This document shows, piece after piece, positions 35,036 to 44,532 of a DNA stretch of 64,000 bases (positions within the stretch are counted from its first letter, which is position 1; every line of letters starts with the position of its first letter). Origin of the DNA: a virus (Duplodnaviria; Caudoviricetes); IMG/VR virus record IMGVR_UViG_3300042451_000960. One strand, 5' to 3'. The translations under genes and the position numbers were made by a program. The notes beneath the pieces were generated by a model that did no database searches, had not been told where the DNA came from, and was given only the letters and a program-made list of their open reading frames with translations.

Positions 35036-38000
35036 TTATTTTGATTTTAATAAATTCTTTGGTGGCTCGGATTCAATATGCGATGGATTCTGATTTGTTG
35101 GTGCTCCAGTCACACATCCCGTCTTTTCATCTACAGCTGTACCAAATCCTGGGTTGTGGTGTGGATTCATATAACAAGGTTTATTTACACCATCTGCTAT
35201 ATCATCGGTAATTCTAGTTGCAACACCATCTTTATTTTGAGAAACTTCTTCATTAAAATTACTAAATCTAGTATATGCTACATCTTTATTATTAATAACG
35301 GCTGTAAGGTGCATCATAGTATGGTGTAACACGGTTGCTTTTTCAAAATTAGCTCTATTAGCCCCTTTACATCTAGCTATATCTTTTAATCCACCTTTTA
35401 ATGTATTTGCCGCTTGACCTTGTCCAATTTTTTTAATTAATTCCGCATCTTGCTTTGTAATAATTCCCGATTTTATAGCGTAAGCCATAGCTTCGTTTAT
35501 TTTTTTATCTGCGGCTTTTATATCAGAATCTTTAATGTTTAATTGATTATTTTTATCTTTTGGATACGCCAAAGAATAAACATCTTGCATACCCAACAAA
35601 ACATCTTTAGTTTTAGGATTTCTATATTCAGTTTGTGTTATTTTTGAATAGTTGGCAGAACCACCACCACCTTTGTATTTAACACTCAGCCCACCAACAT
35701 ACGTTACGGTTACAGCATAGAATTGAAGATTTTCAGCTATTGATTCTTCTACTGTTTGTCCCTTCTTAGGCTTAACACTAAATTCATCCGGCATTACTAT
35801 AATATCAGCTGTTTGGAAGTTTTCAGATGCTGGGAAATAAACTTGTTTACCCTCTGCTAAGAATTGTAATCCGGCTTTCATTTCTGCAAAATCTGCCACA
35901 GAATCTTTAAAATCAGGCGCATTTGCCATATCTAAAAGTAATTGGTCTAAAGATTCTTTATATAAAGTTCTTGTTTTTTCATCAGTTTCTAAAGATGCTT
36001 TAGAATTAAGAACTTTTAATTTATTTAAAGTATCAAATACTTTTTTATTTTCAGGTGTACCTTTTAAATTTTCTTTACCAAATGTTTTACCAAAATTATC
36101 CAATTCGGTTTCAAACCTTTTGGTAATACCATCTAATATAGTTGATGCTGTCTTTTTTCTAGTTTGTGGTGTTGTTACATCACCAAAATTTGCCATAGAT
36201 ATTTTACCACCAGATGCATCACCAATTCTAGCCAAATCATCTAATTTTTGATTATAAGCTCTAGTTTGTAAATGTAAAATATTTGCTTTTTTCTTAGCCT
36301 CTTCTGGATTAACTCCCCTTTTTATTAAGATTTGTGTTAGTTGCTTTTCATCCAAATCTTTTAGTCTTTTCATTTCTTTACCAGCTATGTTTACTCCATT
36401 GGTTGTTTTTTTAATATCAACCATAGTTTCTGGCTTAGATGGATTTATTGCCGATGACATTTTCAATGGTGTGAATACTTTCTTACCAATTGCACCTTCC
36501 GATGATTTACCCACATTTAATTTTCTAGAAAGAGCAAAACCTCTAATAGAATCACCCATAGCTGTATTATCTGAAGAAATCTCCACACTTTCATATCCTT
36601 GTTGAGGATGTCTACCCACAAGCTTTTTAGCAAAGTATAATTTATTACTTCCGTTTTCAGGGTTAGTTACTATTTTTGTAGTTTTATTTAATACCTTAAT
36701 ATCATCTACACCAAGTTGCTCCCCACTTAACAATTTTTTTACTGCCAATTGTGCGGTTTTCAATGGTATATAATCAAACTTACCACTACCAGGCGCAGTT
36801 TCTAATTTAATTAATCCTTTTTTATCACTAAGATTTGAAATTTTTTGCAATTGAGAATTAGATGCTTCTATTTTTTTAGCTATAATAGCCATTTTTTTAG
36901 AGTCATCTTTTTGTTTTGAATTTTTAAAAAAAGCATCTTTGAAAGAAGAAACTTTAGAAGATGTTTTTTGCGATTGTGGTTCTAATTCTTTTTCTTTAGT
37001 TTTTCTAAATCCTAAACCTTGACCAGGAATTTCTTTTGGTTTTGGTTTCGCCCCCAATTCTTTATCACTAACACCTGATTTTTTTAACAATTTAATTGCC
37101 GATTGATAAGCTTGTATTTGTCCTTTATTTTTAGCATCTTTATATTTTAGAGCTGATGATACTTTAATATCTTTTCCAGTTTCTGGGTTTTTAACTGTTT
37201 GGTCTAATACATCTATTGTTTTATTAATTGGATTTGCTTCATCAATAAATCCATAAATCATTTCTAACATTAACTCATCTGCTAATTGTAAGTTTTCTTC
37301 TTTCATTTCTGGATTTTGCATATTATCTATTTCTCCTTTGTCTTTCTTTTCATTATAGGAATCAACCATTGCTTCCATTTGCTCCTCACTTATATCCATT
37401 TCCTCAATACCCTTAGAAATCATTTCCATAAACTTTTCCATATTTGCATCAATCTCCGCTTCACCATCCGCATCGGCAAATATTGCTGCCCTTCCTGCAC
37501 CTTTCAATATTGTTTCACCAACAACGTGTGGTATAAATTCAATTGCAACATGCTTAGCAAATCCAGCAGCTCCATATGATAAGCCACCCATAGCGGCACC
37601 GAATATAGCCGTTGTTGCTATTTTAATACCCACTGCTTTTAATGCCTTTGCCTCATGCTCACTAACAGGTTTGCCACTAAAGAAATTCTTAGCTCCCATT
37701 CCAGCAGCTTTGAATTCTTCAATTTCATGCTTAGCTCCTTTCTTAATTGCTTTTAATGCACCCTTTGCTTTATCTTTAATAGCTTGACCTAAAGTTCTTC
37801 TTGGTTCTGCTCCTGCTTTGTAATATCCTTTTTCAAAAAATTCCTTTTCATCCTCTTGCCACTTAGAAATTTTATTCTTAATCTTATCAGTAAGTTTTGT
37901 GAATGATGAAACTTTTTTAGGTTTTTCATCTGCCGGCTTTACATCAGTTTCTTTGTTAGCATCTGCTTTTTTAGCCGCAATACCCATATCTTCTGCAAAC

Positions 38001-39268
38001 TTATTTGCCATTGGAATTGCATCTTTAATATCTTGGTCTAACACCTGAACCTTCATTGGAATTTGCTTTTCAGGATATTTTGCATTATAAGCTGCTACCG
38101 CTGCCCAACGATGATGTCCATCAATTACAAATCCATCTCTACTTACATAAATTGGAGCTGTAATCTTTTCGTGGTTAGGGTCTTTTTCTAACGCACCCAT
38201 CATACCAACTACTTTAGCACCAACCAATTCCGATTGAGTTGCTTTTAATTTATCAGCAGGTACTTCGGTTTGTGTTACCTTAATACCTTTTTCTTTCAAC
38301 ATTTCTCTAAACACAGGTTCGGTATCTACCTCACCGCTTGCATCAACAGGCATATTAGCCGCTCTACTACCAGGTTGAGCCGTACCTTTAAATTGTGGCA
38401 TCTCAGAACGTGGGATACCCATATTATCATCACAATATAAGTTAGTACCAGGCACAGTCACATCACATAAGTTAATATTTGGTGCCTTCTCTCCCTTAGC
38501 CTTTGCATCAGCAACCATTTGCTGAACTTTACTAATATCGGTATTGAATTTATTTAAATCTTCTTTATCTACCCCATCAGGTATATCCGAACTTGCGCCA
38601 AATGTTTCTGGGTCAGCTTGTGGAATTTCCGATTTTACATCTTGTGCTGGAATTGGTTCGAATCCCGCTTCTGCTTTTGGTTCTTCTTTTGGACTTTCAG
38701 CTTCTTTATCAGATTCTGCATCTTTTGCTAATTGAGCTTGAACTTCTTTTTCCTTATCCATACGAGCTGCCATAGCAGGGTCTGCTTTAGGGTCAAACAT
38801 AGCTTGTGCTTGCTTCATTTTTTCTTCTTCACCACCACCCTTATCTTCACCGCCTTCTTTACCTTTTGGTTCTGCCGGCTTTGTTGGTTGACCTTCTCCA
38901 CCTAAATCTTTATTAAGTGCATCTCTTTCTTCAGAACCTTCCGGTGGTAAAGTTCTTTCTGCTGCTTGTCTACCAGGGTGTTCTTTTGGTAATCTTAAAA
39001 GGTTACCAACTATACCTTCAGCATCCTCACCCTTTGTGTTTTTATAATTAATTTTTTTATTAAGAGCTGGGTTTTTGAATCCACCTTCTTCCGCTTCGTT
39101 AAGATTTTTTACTAAGTCACTTTGAATATGAGATAGACCCATTTCAGAAAGTACAATACCCAACTCCTTTATATGGGTTGGGTTCTTTGGGTCAGGCATA
39201 CCATTTTCAACTCTATATGCCCATTCGGATAGTATTTCGTTTATTAATTCAGATAAATTCATATTCAT
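35036..39268 (-). CDS. Large mosaic protein (1410 aa) with a ParB-like domain, a hydrophobic segment and a possible C-terminal PD-(D/E)XK domain
   Basis: PIYVSRDGFVIDGHHRWAA (ParB-like); AIFGAAMGGLSYGAAGF (hydrophobic); TADIIV...SVKYK (nuclease-like). Confidence 0.55.
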   Translation of the reverse strand: MNMNLSELINEILSEWAYRVENGMPDPKNPTHIKELGIVLSEMGLSHIQSDLVKNLNEAEEGGFKNPALNKKINYKNTKGEDAEGIVGNLLRLPKEHPGRQAAERTLPPEGSEERDALNKDLGGEGQPTKPAEPKGKEGGEDKGGGEEEKMKQAQAMFDPKADPAMAARMDKEKEVQAQLAKDAESDKEAESPKEEPKAEAGFEPIPAQDVKSEIPQADPETFGASSDIPDGVDKEDLNKFNTDISKVQQMVADAKAKGEKAPNINLCDVTVPGTNLYCDDNMGIPRSEMPQFKGTAQPGSRAANMPVDASGEVDTEPVFREMLKEKGIKVTQTEVPADKLKATQSELVGAKVVGMMGALEKDPNHEKITAPIYVSRDGFVIDGHHRWAAVAAYNAKYPEKQIPMKVQVLDQDIKDAIPMANKFAEDMGIAAKKADANKETDVKPADEKPKKVSSFTKLTDKIKNKISKWQEDEKEFFEKGYYKAGAEPRRTLGQAIKDKAKGALKAIKKGAKHEIEEFKAAGMGAKNFFSGKPVSEHEAKALKAVGIKIATTAIFGAAMGGLSYGAAGFAKHVAIEFIPHVVGETILKGAGRAAIFADADGEAEIDANMEKFMEMISKGIEEMDISEEQMEAMVDSYNEKKDKGEIDNMQNPEMKEENLQLADELMLEMIYGFIDEANPINKTIDVLDQTVKNPETGKDIKVSSALKYKDAKNKGQIQAYQSAIKLLKKSGVSDKELGAKPKPKEIPGQGLGFRKTKEKELEPQSQKTSSKVSSFKDAFFKNSKQKDDSKKMAIIAKKIEASNSQLQKISNLSDKKGLIKLETAPGSGKFDYIPLKTAQLAVKKLLSGEQLGVDDIKVLNKTTKIVTNPENGSNKLYFAKKLVGRHPQQGYESVEISSDNTAMGDSIRGFALSRKLNVGKSSEGAIGKKVFTPLKMSSAINPSKPETMVDIKKTTNGVNIAGKEMKRLKDLDEKQLTQILIKRGVNPEEAKKKANILHLQTRAYNQKLDDLARIGDASGGKISMANFGDVTTPQTRKKTASTILDGITKRFETELDNFGKTFGKENLKGTPENKKVFDTLNKLKVLNSKASLETDEKTRTLYKESLDQLLLDMANAPDFKDSVADFAEMKAGLQFLAEGKQVYFPASENFQTADIIVMPDEFSVKPKKGQTVEESIAENLQFYAVTVTYVGGLSVKYKGGGGSANYSKITQTEYRNPKTKDVLLGMQDVYSLAYPKDKNNQLNIKDSDIKAADKKINEAMAYAIKSGIITKQDAELIKKIGQGQAANTLKGGLKDIARCKGANRANFEKATVLHHTMMHLTAVINNKDVAYTRFSNFNEEVSQNKDGVATRITDDIADGVNKPCYMNPHHNPGFGTAVDEKTGCVTGAPTNQNPSHIESEPPKNLLKSK

Positions 39269-39876
39269 TAAAATTTGTGGTCTTCAGCTTCACATATCAT
39301 TTCTAATTCTTCCCAAGAAAACTTAGGCTTTTCATTTAGAAATACAAAACATTTCCATTTCTTTTGTTTTTCAAAGTAAACGTGTTTTTGTAAGTGTGAT
39401 GGAATCGCTGCACCAGTTGGTACTCTTTTAACCGGAGTATCAAAGAAAGTTTTTATTAAAACGGTGATTGGTTCTACATCATCCCATTTACGGATTTGTT
39501 CTTCCAACATTCTCCACTCACCTCTATTAAGATATTGATTTTGCATTATTGAATTTAGATATGAGAATGTTTGCTTTAAGTTCACTTCATTATCAGAAAA
39601 TGTTGCTGCAGGAGCTCCATGTCCTTTATCGTAAACATTTCCTTTATAATCATCACCATCGGATGTTTTAATTCCCTTTTCAGTATAGAAATCCATATGA
39701 CCTCTATTAACGTTTGTAGGTCGGTTTGTAGAACGATATTTAATCACTAAAGGTTGTTCTAATGATTGTGAATAAAGTATATCAAACACTTCATTTTTCA
39801 CTCTCACATCAGCCAATTGTCCAAACGATGTTAAGGAAACAATTAAAAACAATAAAAGGAACGTAATTTTTCTCAT
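39268..39876 (-). CDS. DNA/RNA non-specific endonuclease (NucA/Serratia type) with signal peptide
   Basis: YDKGHGAPAA (DRGH variant), TFSYLN..MQ...LNRGEW; N-terminus MRKITFLLLFLIVSLTSFGQ. Start reassigned to ATG at 39876. Confidence 0.85.
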   Translation of the reverse strand: MRKITFLLLFLIVSLTSFGQLADVRVKNEVFDILYSQSLEQPLVIKYRSTNRPTNVNRGHMDFYTEKGIKTSDGDDYKGNVYDKGHGAPAATFSDNEVNLKQTFSYLNSIMQNQYLNRGEWRMLEEQIRKWDDVEPITVLIKTFFDTPVKRVPTGAAIPSHLQKHVYFEKQKKWKCFVFLNEKPKFSWEELEMICEAEDHKF

Positions 39877-39914
39877 ATTATAGCATATTTTTGTATATAC
39901 TATAAATATGTTCT

Positions 39915-41195
39915 TTAGAGGTTTCCGTAAGTTTTTCCCCAACTTGCTTTGATTGGAAACCCACCTTCTTCAATTATTTCTTTCAAACCCTTAATCAAAC
40001 TCTTATCCACATTGGTAGGTACATCAAATAGAAACGAGTCATAGGTATATAGGTCTAATGTAATCCCAGTCCCCTTAATAAAATCTAATATCTTTCTCAT
40101 CTTTTCAACATTCACTTCCGTTTCAAATGCCTGAAGTAGATAGTTAAATACTTTTTGTGGGTTTGCTTGTTCAACCCAATCCAATGGAATTAATCGGTTT
40201 GGTGTCTTAATACAACTACATTCAACACTCGCATCCCAAAATCGGTCTATGAAATCTGCCACCTTATCAAAGTACGGAATCTGTCTAAATTCGTCATCAA
40301 TCCCACCATATAAAAGACGGAATGTTACTCCTTTAGCCTCATCAATTCCACAACCATATTGTTCAGCCAACCATTGGTGAACGTTTCCATCAGGCATAGG
40401 GTATCCTACCAATTTACCGATTAGTCTTGGGTGATATGCGTTGTAATCCATTTGTAGGAATATCCCATCAGAAACGAACACATCTCTACTACCATCGGTT
40501 TTGTTTAGGGCGGCATAGTTCACACCGGCATGTCTATTCGAAGGTCTACCAGTTACAGTGAACGGATTGTATTCGGTGTACACTACATCACCTTTGAGAT
40601 GTTTGTAGGCTTGGGGCCATCTATCAACAAATTTTTCCCTATCGACCCGAATCCCAAATCGTTCAATATCTGAAAGGGTTGGTAAGAAGGTATCGTTGTA
40701 CCAATTATAAGTTTTACTCTTTTGATTTGTATGTTTAAGTAATTGTGGTTCTATTGCTTCCGCAAGTTTAAGAATAGGAATGGATTGAATGACATCTTCT
40801 CGGTAACCCCTATGAATAAGGGGAGCTACTAAGTGGTGTAGTGGTTGAGAATAGTCTATTGTTTCACCTGTCTTTAAGAAATAAGCGGTGTCAATGTCAT
40901 TCAGTCCTTCCCTTAGTGTAACAAAAGATTGTAGTAGCTTTTTCTTTTGGAATACCCATTTTTCTCCGGCAGTATTCAACAGTCCCTCTATTTGCTCATT
41001 AGAGAGTGATAGAGCGTCTGTGTGTTGATGTGGTAGTATATACCTGTCCGTTAGGGTTCTTACGAATATAAACGATATAGGGGTATTACATGGGTGCTTA
41101 TCATTATCTACCCATAGTGAATACCAAATGGATGGTTCAGTTTCCAGCTTTACCTTTAATTCGTTTAATTCGTCAATAGACTCAACAATTCTCAT
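39915..41195 (-). CDS. Divergent short family-A DNA polymerase-like protein
   Basis: TGRPS, motif A QMDYNAYHPR, motif B AKGVTFRLLYG, motif C YTYDSFLFD. Start reassigned to ATG at 41195 because the track's longer ORF overlaps the tmRNA. Confidence 0.75.
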   Translation of the reverse strand: MRIVESIDELNELKVKLETEPSIWYSLWVDNDKHPCNTPISFIFVRTLTDRYILPHQHTDALSLSNEQIEGLLNTAGEKWVFQKKKLLQSFVTLREGLNDIDTAYFLKTGETIDYSQPLHHLVAPLIHRGYREDVIQSIPILKLAEAIEPQLLKHTNQKSKTYNWYNDTFLPTLSDIERFGIRVDREKFVDRWPQAYKHLKGDVVYTEYNPFTVTGRPSNRHAGVNYAALNKTDGSRDVFVSDGIFLQMDYNAYHPRLIGKLVGYPMPDGNVHQWLAEQYGCGIDEAKGVTFRLLYGGIDDEFRQIPYFDKVADFIDRFWDASVECSCIKTPNRLIPLDWVEQANPQKVFNYLLQAFETEVNVEKMRKILDFIKGTGITLDLYTYDSFLFDVPTNVDKSLIKGLKEIIEEGGFPIKASWGKTYGNL

Positions 41196-41200
41196 TACCA

Positions 41201-41232
41201 CAAATATACAAAAAAAATCCCAAACTACCAAA
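41201..41232 (-). promoter_or_regulatory. Bacteroidetes-type promoter (TTTG-N20-TATATTTG)
   Basis: Exact consensus ending 5 nt before the polA-like ATG. Confidence 0.7.
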
Positions 41233-41249
41233 TAATAGTTCGGGATTTT
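41211..41249 (-). terminator. Intrinsic terminator of the tmRNA
   Basis: 14-bp stem AAAAUCCCGAACUA/UAGUUUGGGAUUUU (one G-U pair) plus a U-run just 3' of the CCA end. Confidence 0.7.
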
Positions 41250-41250
41250 G

Positions 41251-41640
41251 TGGTGGAGATGACCGGACTCGAACCGGTGTCTTACGAAGTAACCACAATA
41301 CCAGCTTTTCACACGTTTAGGATAAGGTTTAATCTTATTCACCTTCCAAAATAATTGGGGCCGAATGGTTAGTTCAGCGCTACCACCAACAGGTCCGGAT
41401 TTTAAGAGGCGATCTGTAATCCTCTCTTTTGTTCACTTCTATTTAAATTCCACGAGTGATGCGGAAGGGATTAGGCTGCTACAGCGTAATCAGCACCTAC
41501 GAATGCCATAACGTCATCGAAGGTCCAAGTAGATAATTCTACGTCATTTATTGTTTGATTCCGAGATTTAAGTGGTTTGAGAACCTTCCCACTACGTGTG
41601 ATACTATGTTTCGCATCGCAATCAATTCCAAAACATCCCC
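41251..41640 (-). ncRNA. ssrA: tmRNA (transfer-messenger RNA), 390 nt
   Basis: 5' GGGGAUG pairs with 3' CAUCUCC-A-CCA, giving the G3-U70 alanine identity pair. T-arm ACCGG-UUCGAGU-CCGGU. Internal tag ORF 41471..41545 ends YAVAA*. Confidence 0.95.
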
Positions 41641-41653
41641 ATATCAATAAATA

Positions 41654-41685
41654 CAAATATAAGAAAAAATATTTAGATTTCCAAA
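41654..41685 (-). promoter_or_regulatory. Bacteroidetes-type promoter for tmRNA
   Basis: TTTG-N20-TATATTTG ending 13 nt before the mature tmRNA 5' end. Confidence 0.7.
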
Positions 41686-42380
41686 TTAAAATTAATTACA
41701 CATCGGTGTTTTTTACCATAAAAAGGTTTTACCGAATGAACTATATCATTTGGCCATAACATTAACATTCCTTGTTTAGGTCTTACAAAATGTGACATAC
41801 CTCTTAGGTGAAAACAAAATGCTCCGCTGTATGGGTGGTCTTTTAGCGGTTCACCATCACTTAGATAATATCCACCACTAAACCCAACTTTAGGTTCTTC
41901 ATCGGATTTCCAACGGCAGTGATTATGTTGGTTGTGTCCCCTACCCTCATATGGGTCATAATATTGTATCCAACTTTCGGTTATTTTACATTGATGATTG
42001 TGCGGTATTTCCAGAGAATCTAAAAGTTCAAAAAAACTATCTTCAATTCTTTTTCTGATTATTTTTACACCTTCGTTTTCATCATCCAAAAAATTATTTG
42101 GTGGTGTATGAAATCTACTACCTATTGGATTAAATTCAGTATCTTCAACCCACATATCACTATTATCGTTTGTTTCATATGTTGCCTGCCTTTGTTCATC
42201 ATATCTTTCAGGCAATTCCTGCCCCATTTTCTTTTCTGTTTTGTTTAATTTATTATAACCATAAACATAGACCGAATCATGCAATTGTTTATCATCGTAT
42301 TCTTTACGAAGAACTGGAATAGGAGCTAGATAATAAAGATTATCTTTGTCCGATTTAATTAGTGGTTGTTTGAAGTTCAT
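41673..42380 (-). CDS. Putative 2OG-Fe(II) oxygenase (TIGR02466-like)
   Basis: ESWIQYY...HNQHNH...FSGGYY...P.QG.LMLWP..IVHSV.P...R.VINFN. Confidence 0.75.
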   Translation of the reverse strand: MNFKQPLIKSDKDNLYYLAPIPVLRKEYDDKQLHDSVYVYGYNKLNKTEKKMGQELPERYDEQRQATYETNDNSDMWVEDTEFNPIGSRFHTPPNNFLDDENEGVKIIRKRIEDSFFELLDSLEIPHNHQCKITESWIQYYDPYEGRGHNQHNHCRWKSDEEPKVGFSGGYYLSDGEPLKDHPYSGAFCFHLRGMSHFVRPKQGMLMLWPNDIVHSVKPFYGKKHRCVINFNLEI

Positions 42381-43149
42381 GATATAAATAAATTTCTTTT
42401 TTTACTCGTTCACCAACATATTGGTTTATCGTTTTGAAAGCCCAATCCATATTTGGTAAGTTCACATCTTTTTCTTTTCCTCTTATTACAAATGGTTCAT
42501 ACTTTAATACATATTCCTCTAGTGAACAATTTGAAAATAACCACATAGCAAATTCTTCAATACAAGTATCTAAATTATTGTCAACCATTAGTTTATGTAA
42601 CTCGGATGCTGAATTAGTTTTGTTTGAATAAAAGAAACAAAAGTTTGGTAAAACATATAAATCATCTGTTTGCCAACTGTATTTTTTTAGTCCCTCTATA
42701 TGATACTTTAAAAATTCATCTATGTGATTTGTAAGAGTTCCTCTTTGTTTGTAGTATTCTAAAATATCATTTCTATAATTTTTGTTATAGGCATATATTG
42801 GACATTGTATATTATTTCCACTTCGTATTAATTGCCAAAAATTATTATCAATGTTTTTAACAACACCAACATCCCAATCTAAAAAAAGGTATTCATCAAA
42901 CATTTCCTCAGCCATCTTTATTACTTCCAATTTATGACCATAATGTTTTAAATGATTATCATATACATTTTCCAAAGTTTCATCATAGCCAATAAGTTTA
43001 GTTTGGTATCCTAAATTTTTTAGAAATTGTTCATTTTTAATTCCATATACAAAAACTAATTCATCTTTGAATATAGGTGATTTAGGAATTTCTTTATGAA
43101 TAGCAAAATTCTTGCCCCAAAGTGCTCGTATAACTTTAATTGGTTTCAT
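42355..43149 (-). CDS. GT-A-like DxD protein (paralog of 46860..47624)
   Basis: FLDWD motif; colinear similarity to 46860..47624 (RALWG/RIFWG, HKL/HKI, PNFCFFY/PNTGFFY). Confidence 0.5.
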   Translation of the reverse strand: MKPIKVIRALWGKNFAIHKEIPKSPIFKDELVFVYGIKNEQFLKNLGYQTKLIGYDETLENVYDNHLKHYGHKLEVIKMAEEMFDEYLFLDWDVGVVKNIDNNFWQLIRSGNNIQCPIYAYNKNYRNDILEYYKQRGTLTNHIDEFLKYHIEGLKKYSWQTDDLYVLPNFCFFYSNKTNSASELHKLMVDNNLDTCIEEFAMWLFSNCSLEEYVLKYEPFVIRGKEKDVNLPNMDWAFKTINQYVGERVKKEIYLYHELQTTTN

Positions 43150-43840
43150 CTATTTTTTTTATTATATTTTCAAATATACCATAATGGCCGTTTTCATCGG
43201 GATGGCTATCATATGGAACTTCATTTGGTCTACTATCTCCTAATGTAAATTTATTTTCAACACCCCAATCTAAAATAGAATTATTATTTTTATTTTTTTT
43301 AATAGGAAAAACAATTTTATTTGGATTTTTATATTTTTCAAATCCATCATCTAAAAATAATAAACAATAGTTTACACCAACTTTATTTTTTAAAAATTCT
43401 AAAGTATTTACAACTCTGTTAAATTTGTGAAATTTAGTATGACATACCCAACCATCCATATAATCCAATAATATTTCCAATTGCTTATCCGATACTTTAT
43501 ATGTAGTTCTTCCCTTACCCCATCTATCCAATATCCAAGCAAATCTTTTTAAATCTTTAGTTAATGCTGCTGTTGTGAAATATAGTGAATCGTCATTCAC
43601 CATATATCCTTCTCTATCCGATGATGTAAATTGATAAACAATCAAATCATCTTTTTCAAAATTTTTTAAATCATTTGTTAATCGTAAATAAGCTTCATTA
43701 TGGCATGTTGCAGAATCTGCTCTATTAATATATTCAACATTAAAATGTTTTGATAATAAATTTGGGTAAATGTTTTCTTCACCTATCCAAAAGTTTACAG
43801 AAAAAGAACAACCATATATGTAAATTTTATTTACATTCAT
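43136..43840 (-). CDS. SGNH/GDSL hydrolase-like protein
   Basis: N-terminal YGCSFS and C-terminal DSHP catalytic motifs. Confidence 0.7.
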   Translation of the reverse strand: MNVNKIYIYGCSFSVNFWIGEENIYPNLLSKHFNVEYINRADSATCHNEAYLRLTNDLKNFEKDDLIVYQFTSSDREGYMVNDDSLYFTTAALTKDLKRFAWILDRWGKGRTTYKVSDKQLEILLDYMDGWVCHTKFHKFNRVVNTLEFLKNKVGVNYCLLFLDDGFEKYKNPNKIVFPIKKNKNNNSILDWGVENKFTLGDSRPNEVPYDSHPDENGHYGIFENIIKKIDETN

Positions 43841-44531
43841 TTTTTATAAATTTTAAAATTTTAGAAGCTATATGGTATTGAGCTTTTTCGTTTGGGTGAG
43901 TATCCCATTTAGGTCTAATTGGATTTGAATCTGCTATTGTTAAATTATTCATAACTACCCAATCTCTTATAGATACACTTTTTGAATTTGTTTCTATTGG
44001 AAATTCTATATAATTGTTTGTGCAAAATTTTTGAAAATAATTATCTAAAAACAACATAACATAGTTTACATTATATTTTTCTTTTAAAAATTCCAAAGTA
44101 TTGTGTACAATATTATATTTGTAAAATAGAGAATGCTTTTCCCAAACATTATTATAATCCAATAATTTAATTAAATCAGAATCAGATATTTCATACTTTT
44201 CTCTACCAACTCCCCACTCATTTAAAACTAAAGTATTCATATCTATATCTTCTGTTAATAAAGATGTTGTTATATATAAAGAATCGTTATTTACCCAATA
44301 ACCACCTCTATCTAATGCTGTAAATTGGTATATAATAAAATCCCCTTCATTAAATAATTCAAAATCTTTAGTAAGTCTATGATATATTTCGTTATTACAT
44401 ATTGCCGGCTCGGCTCTTCTTATGTAATCACATCGCAATTGTTTGGAAACTAAAGCTGTATAAGTTTGTTCTTCATTAATCCACCAATCAGATGAAAACG
44501 AGCAACCATATGTATATAACTTATTTATCAT
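43827..44531 (-). CDS. SGNH/GDSL hydrolase-like protein (tandem paralog)
   Basis: YGCSFS and DTHP; colinear with 43136..43840. Confidence 0.7.
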   Translation of the reverse strand: MINKLYTYGCSFSSDWWINEEQTYTALVSKQLRCDYIRRAEPAICNNEIYHRLTKDFELFNEGDFIIYQFTALDRGGYWVNNDSLYITTSLLTEDIDMNTLVLNEWGVGREKYEISDSDLIKLLDYNNVWEKHSLFYKYNIVHNTLEFLKEKYNVNYVMLFLDNYFQKFCTNNYIEFPIETNSKSVSIRDWVVMNNLTIADSNPIRPKWDTHPNEKAQYHIASKILKFIKNECK

Positions 44532-44532
44532 A

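Noticed and set aside
41251-41290. tRNA-like 3' end (T-arm and CCA) that could be called a tRNA gene
   Set aside because: Its acceptor partner GGGGAUG lies 390 nt away with a tag ORF in between, so it is the tmRNA.
41196-41342. N-terminal extension of the polA-like ORF in the track
   Set aside because: It overlaps the tmRNA and its terminator; a consensus promoter points to the ATG at 41195.
41471-41656. 61-aa minus-strand ORF in the track
   Set aside because: It is the tmRNA tag frame extended upstream, not an independent protein gene.
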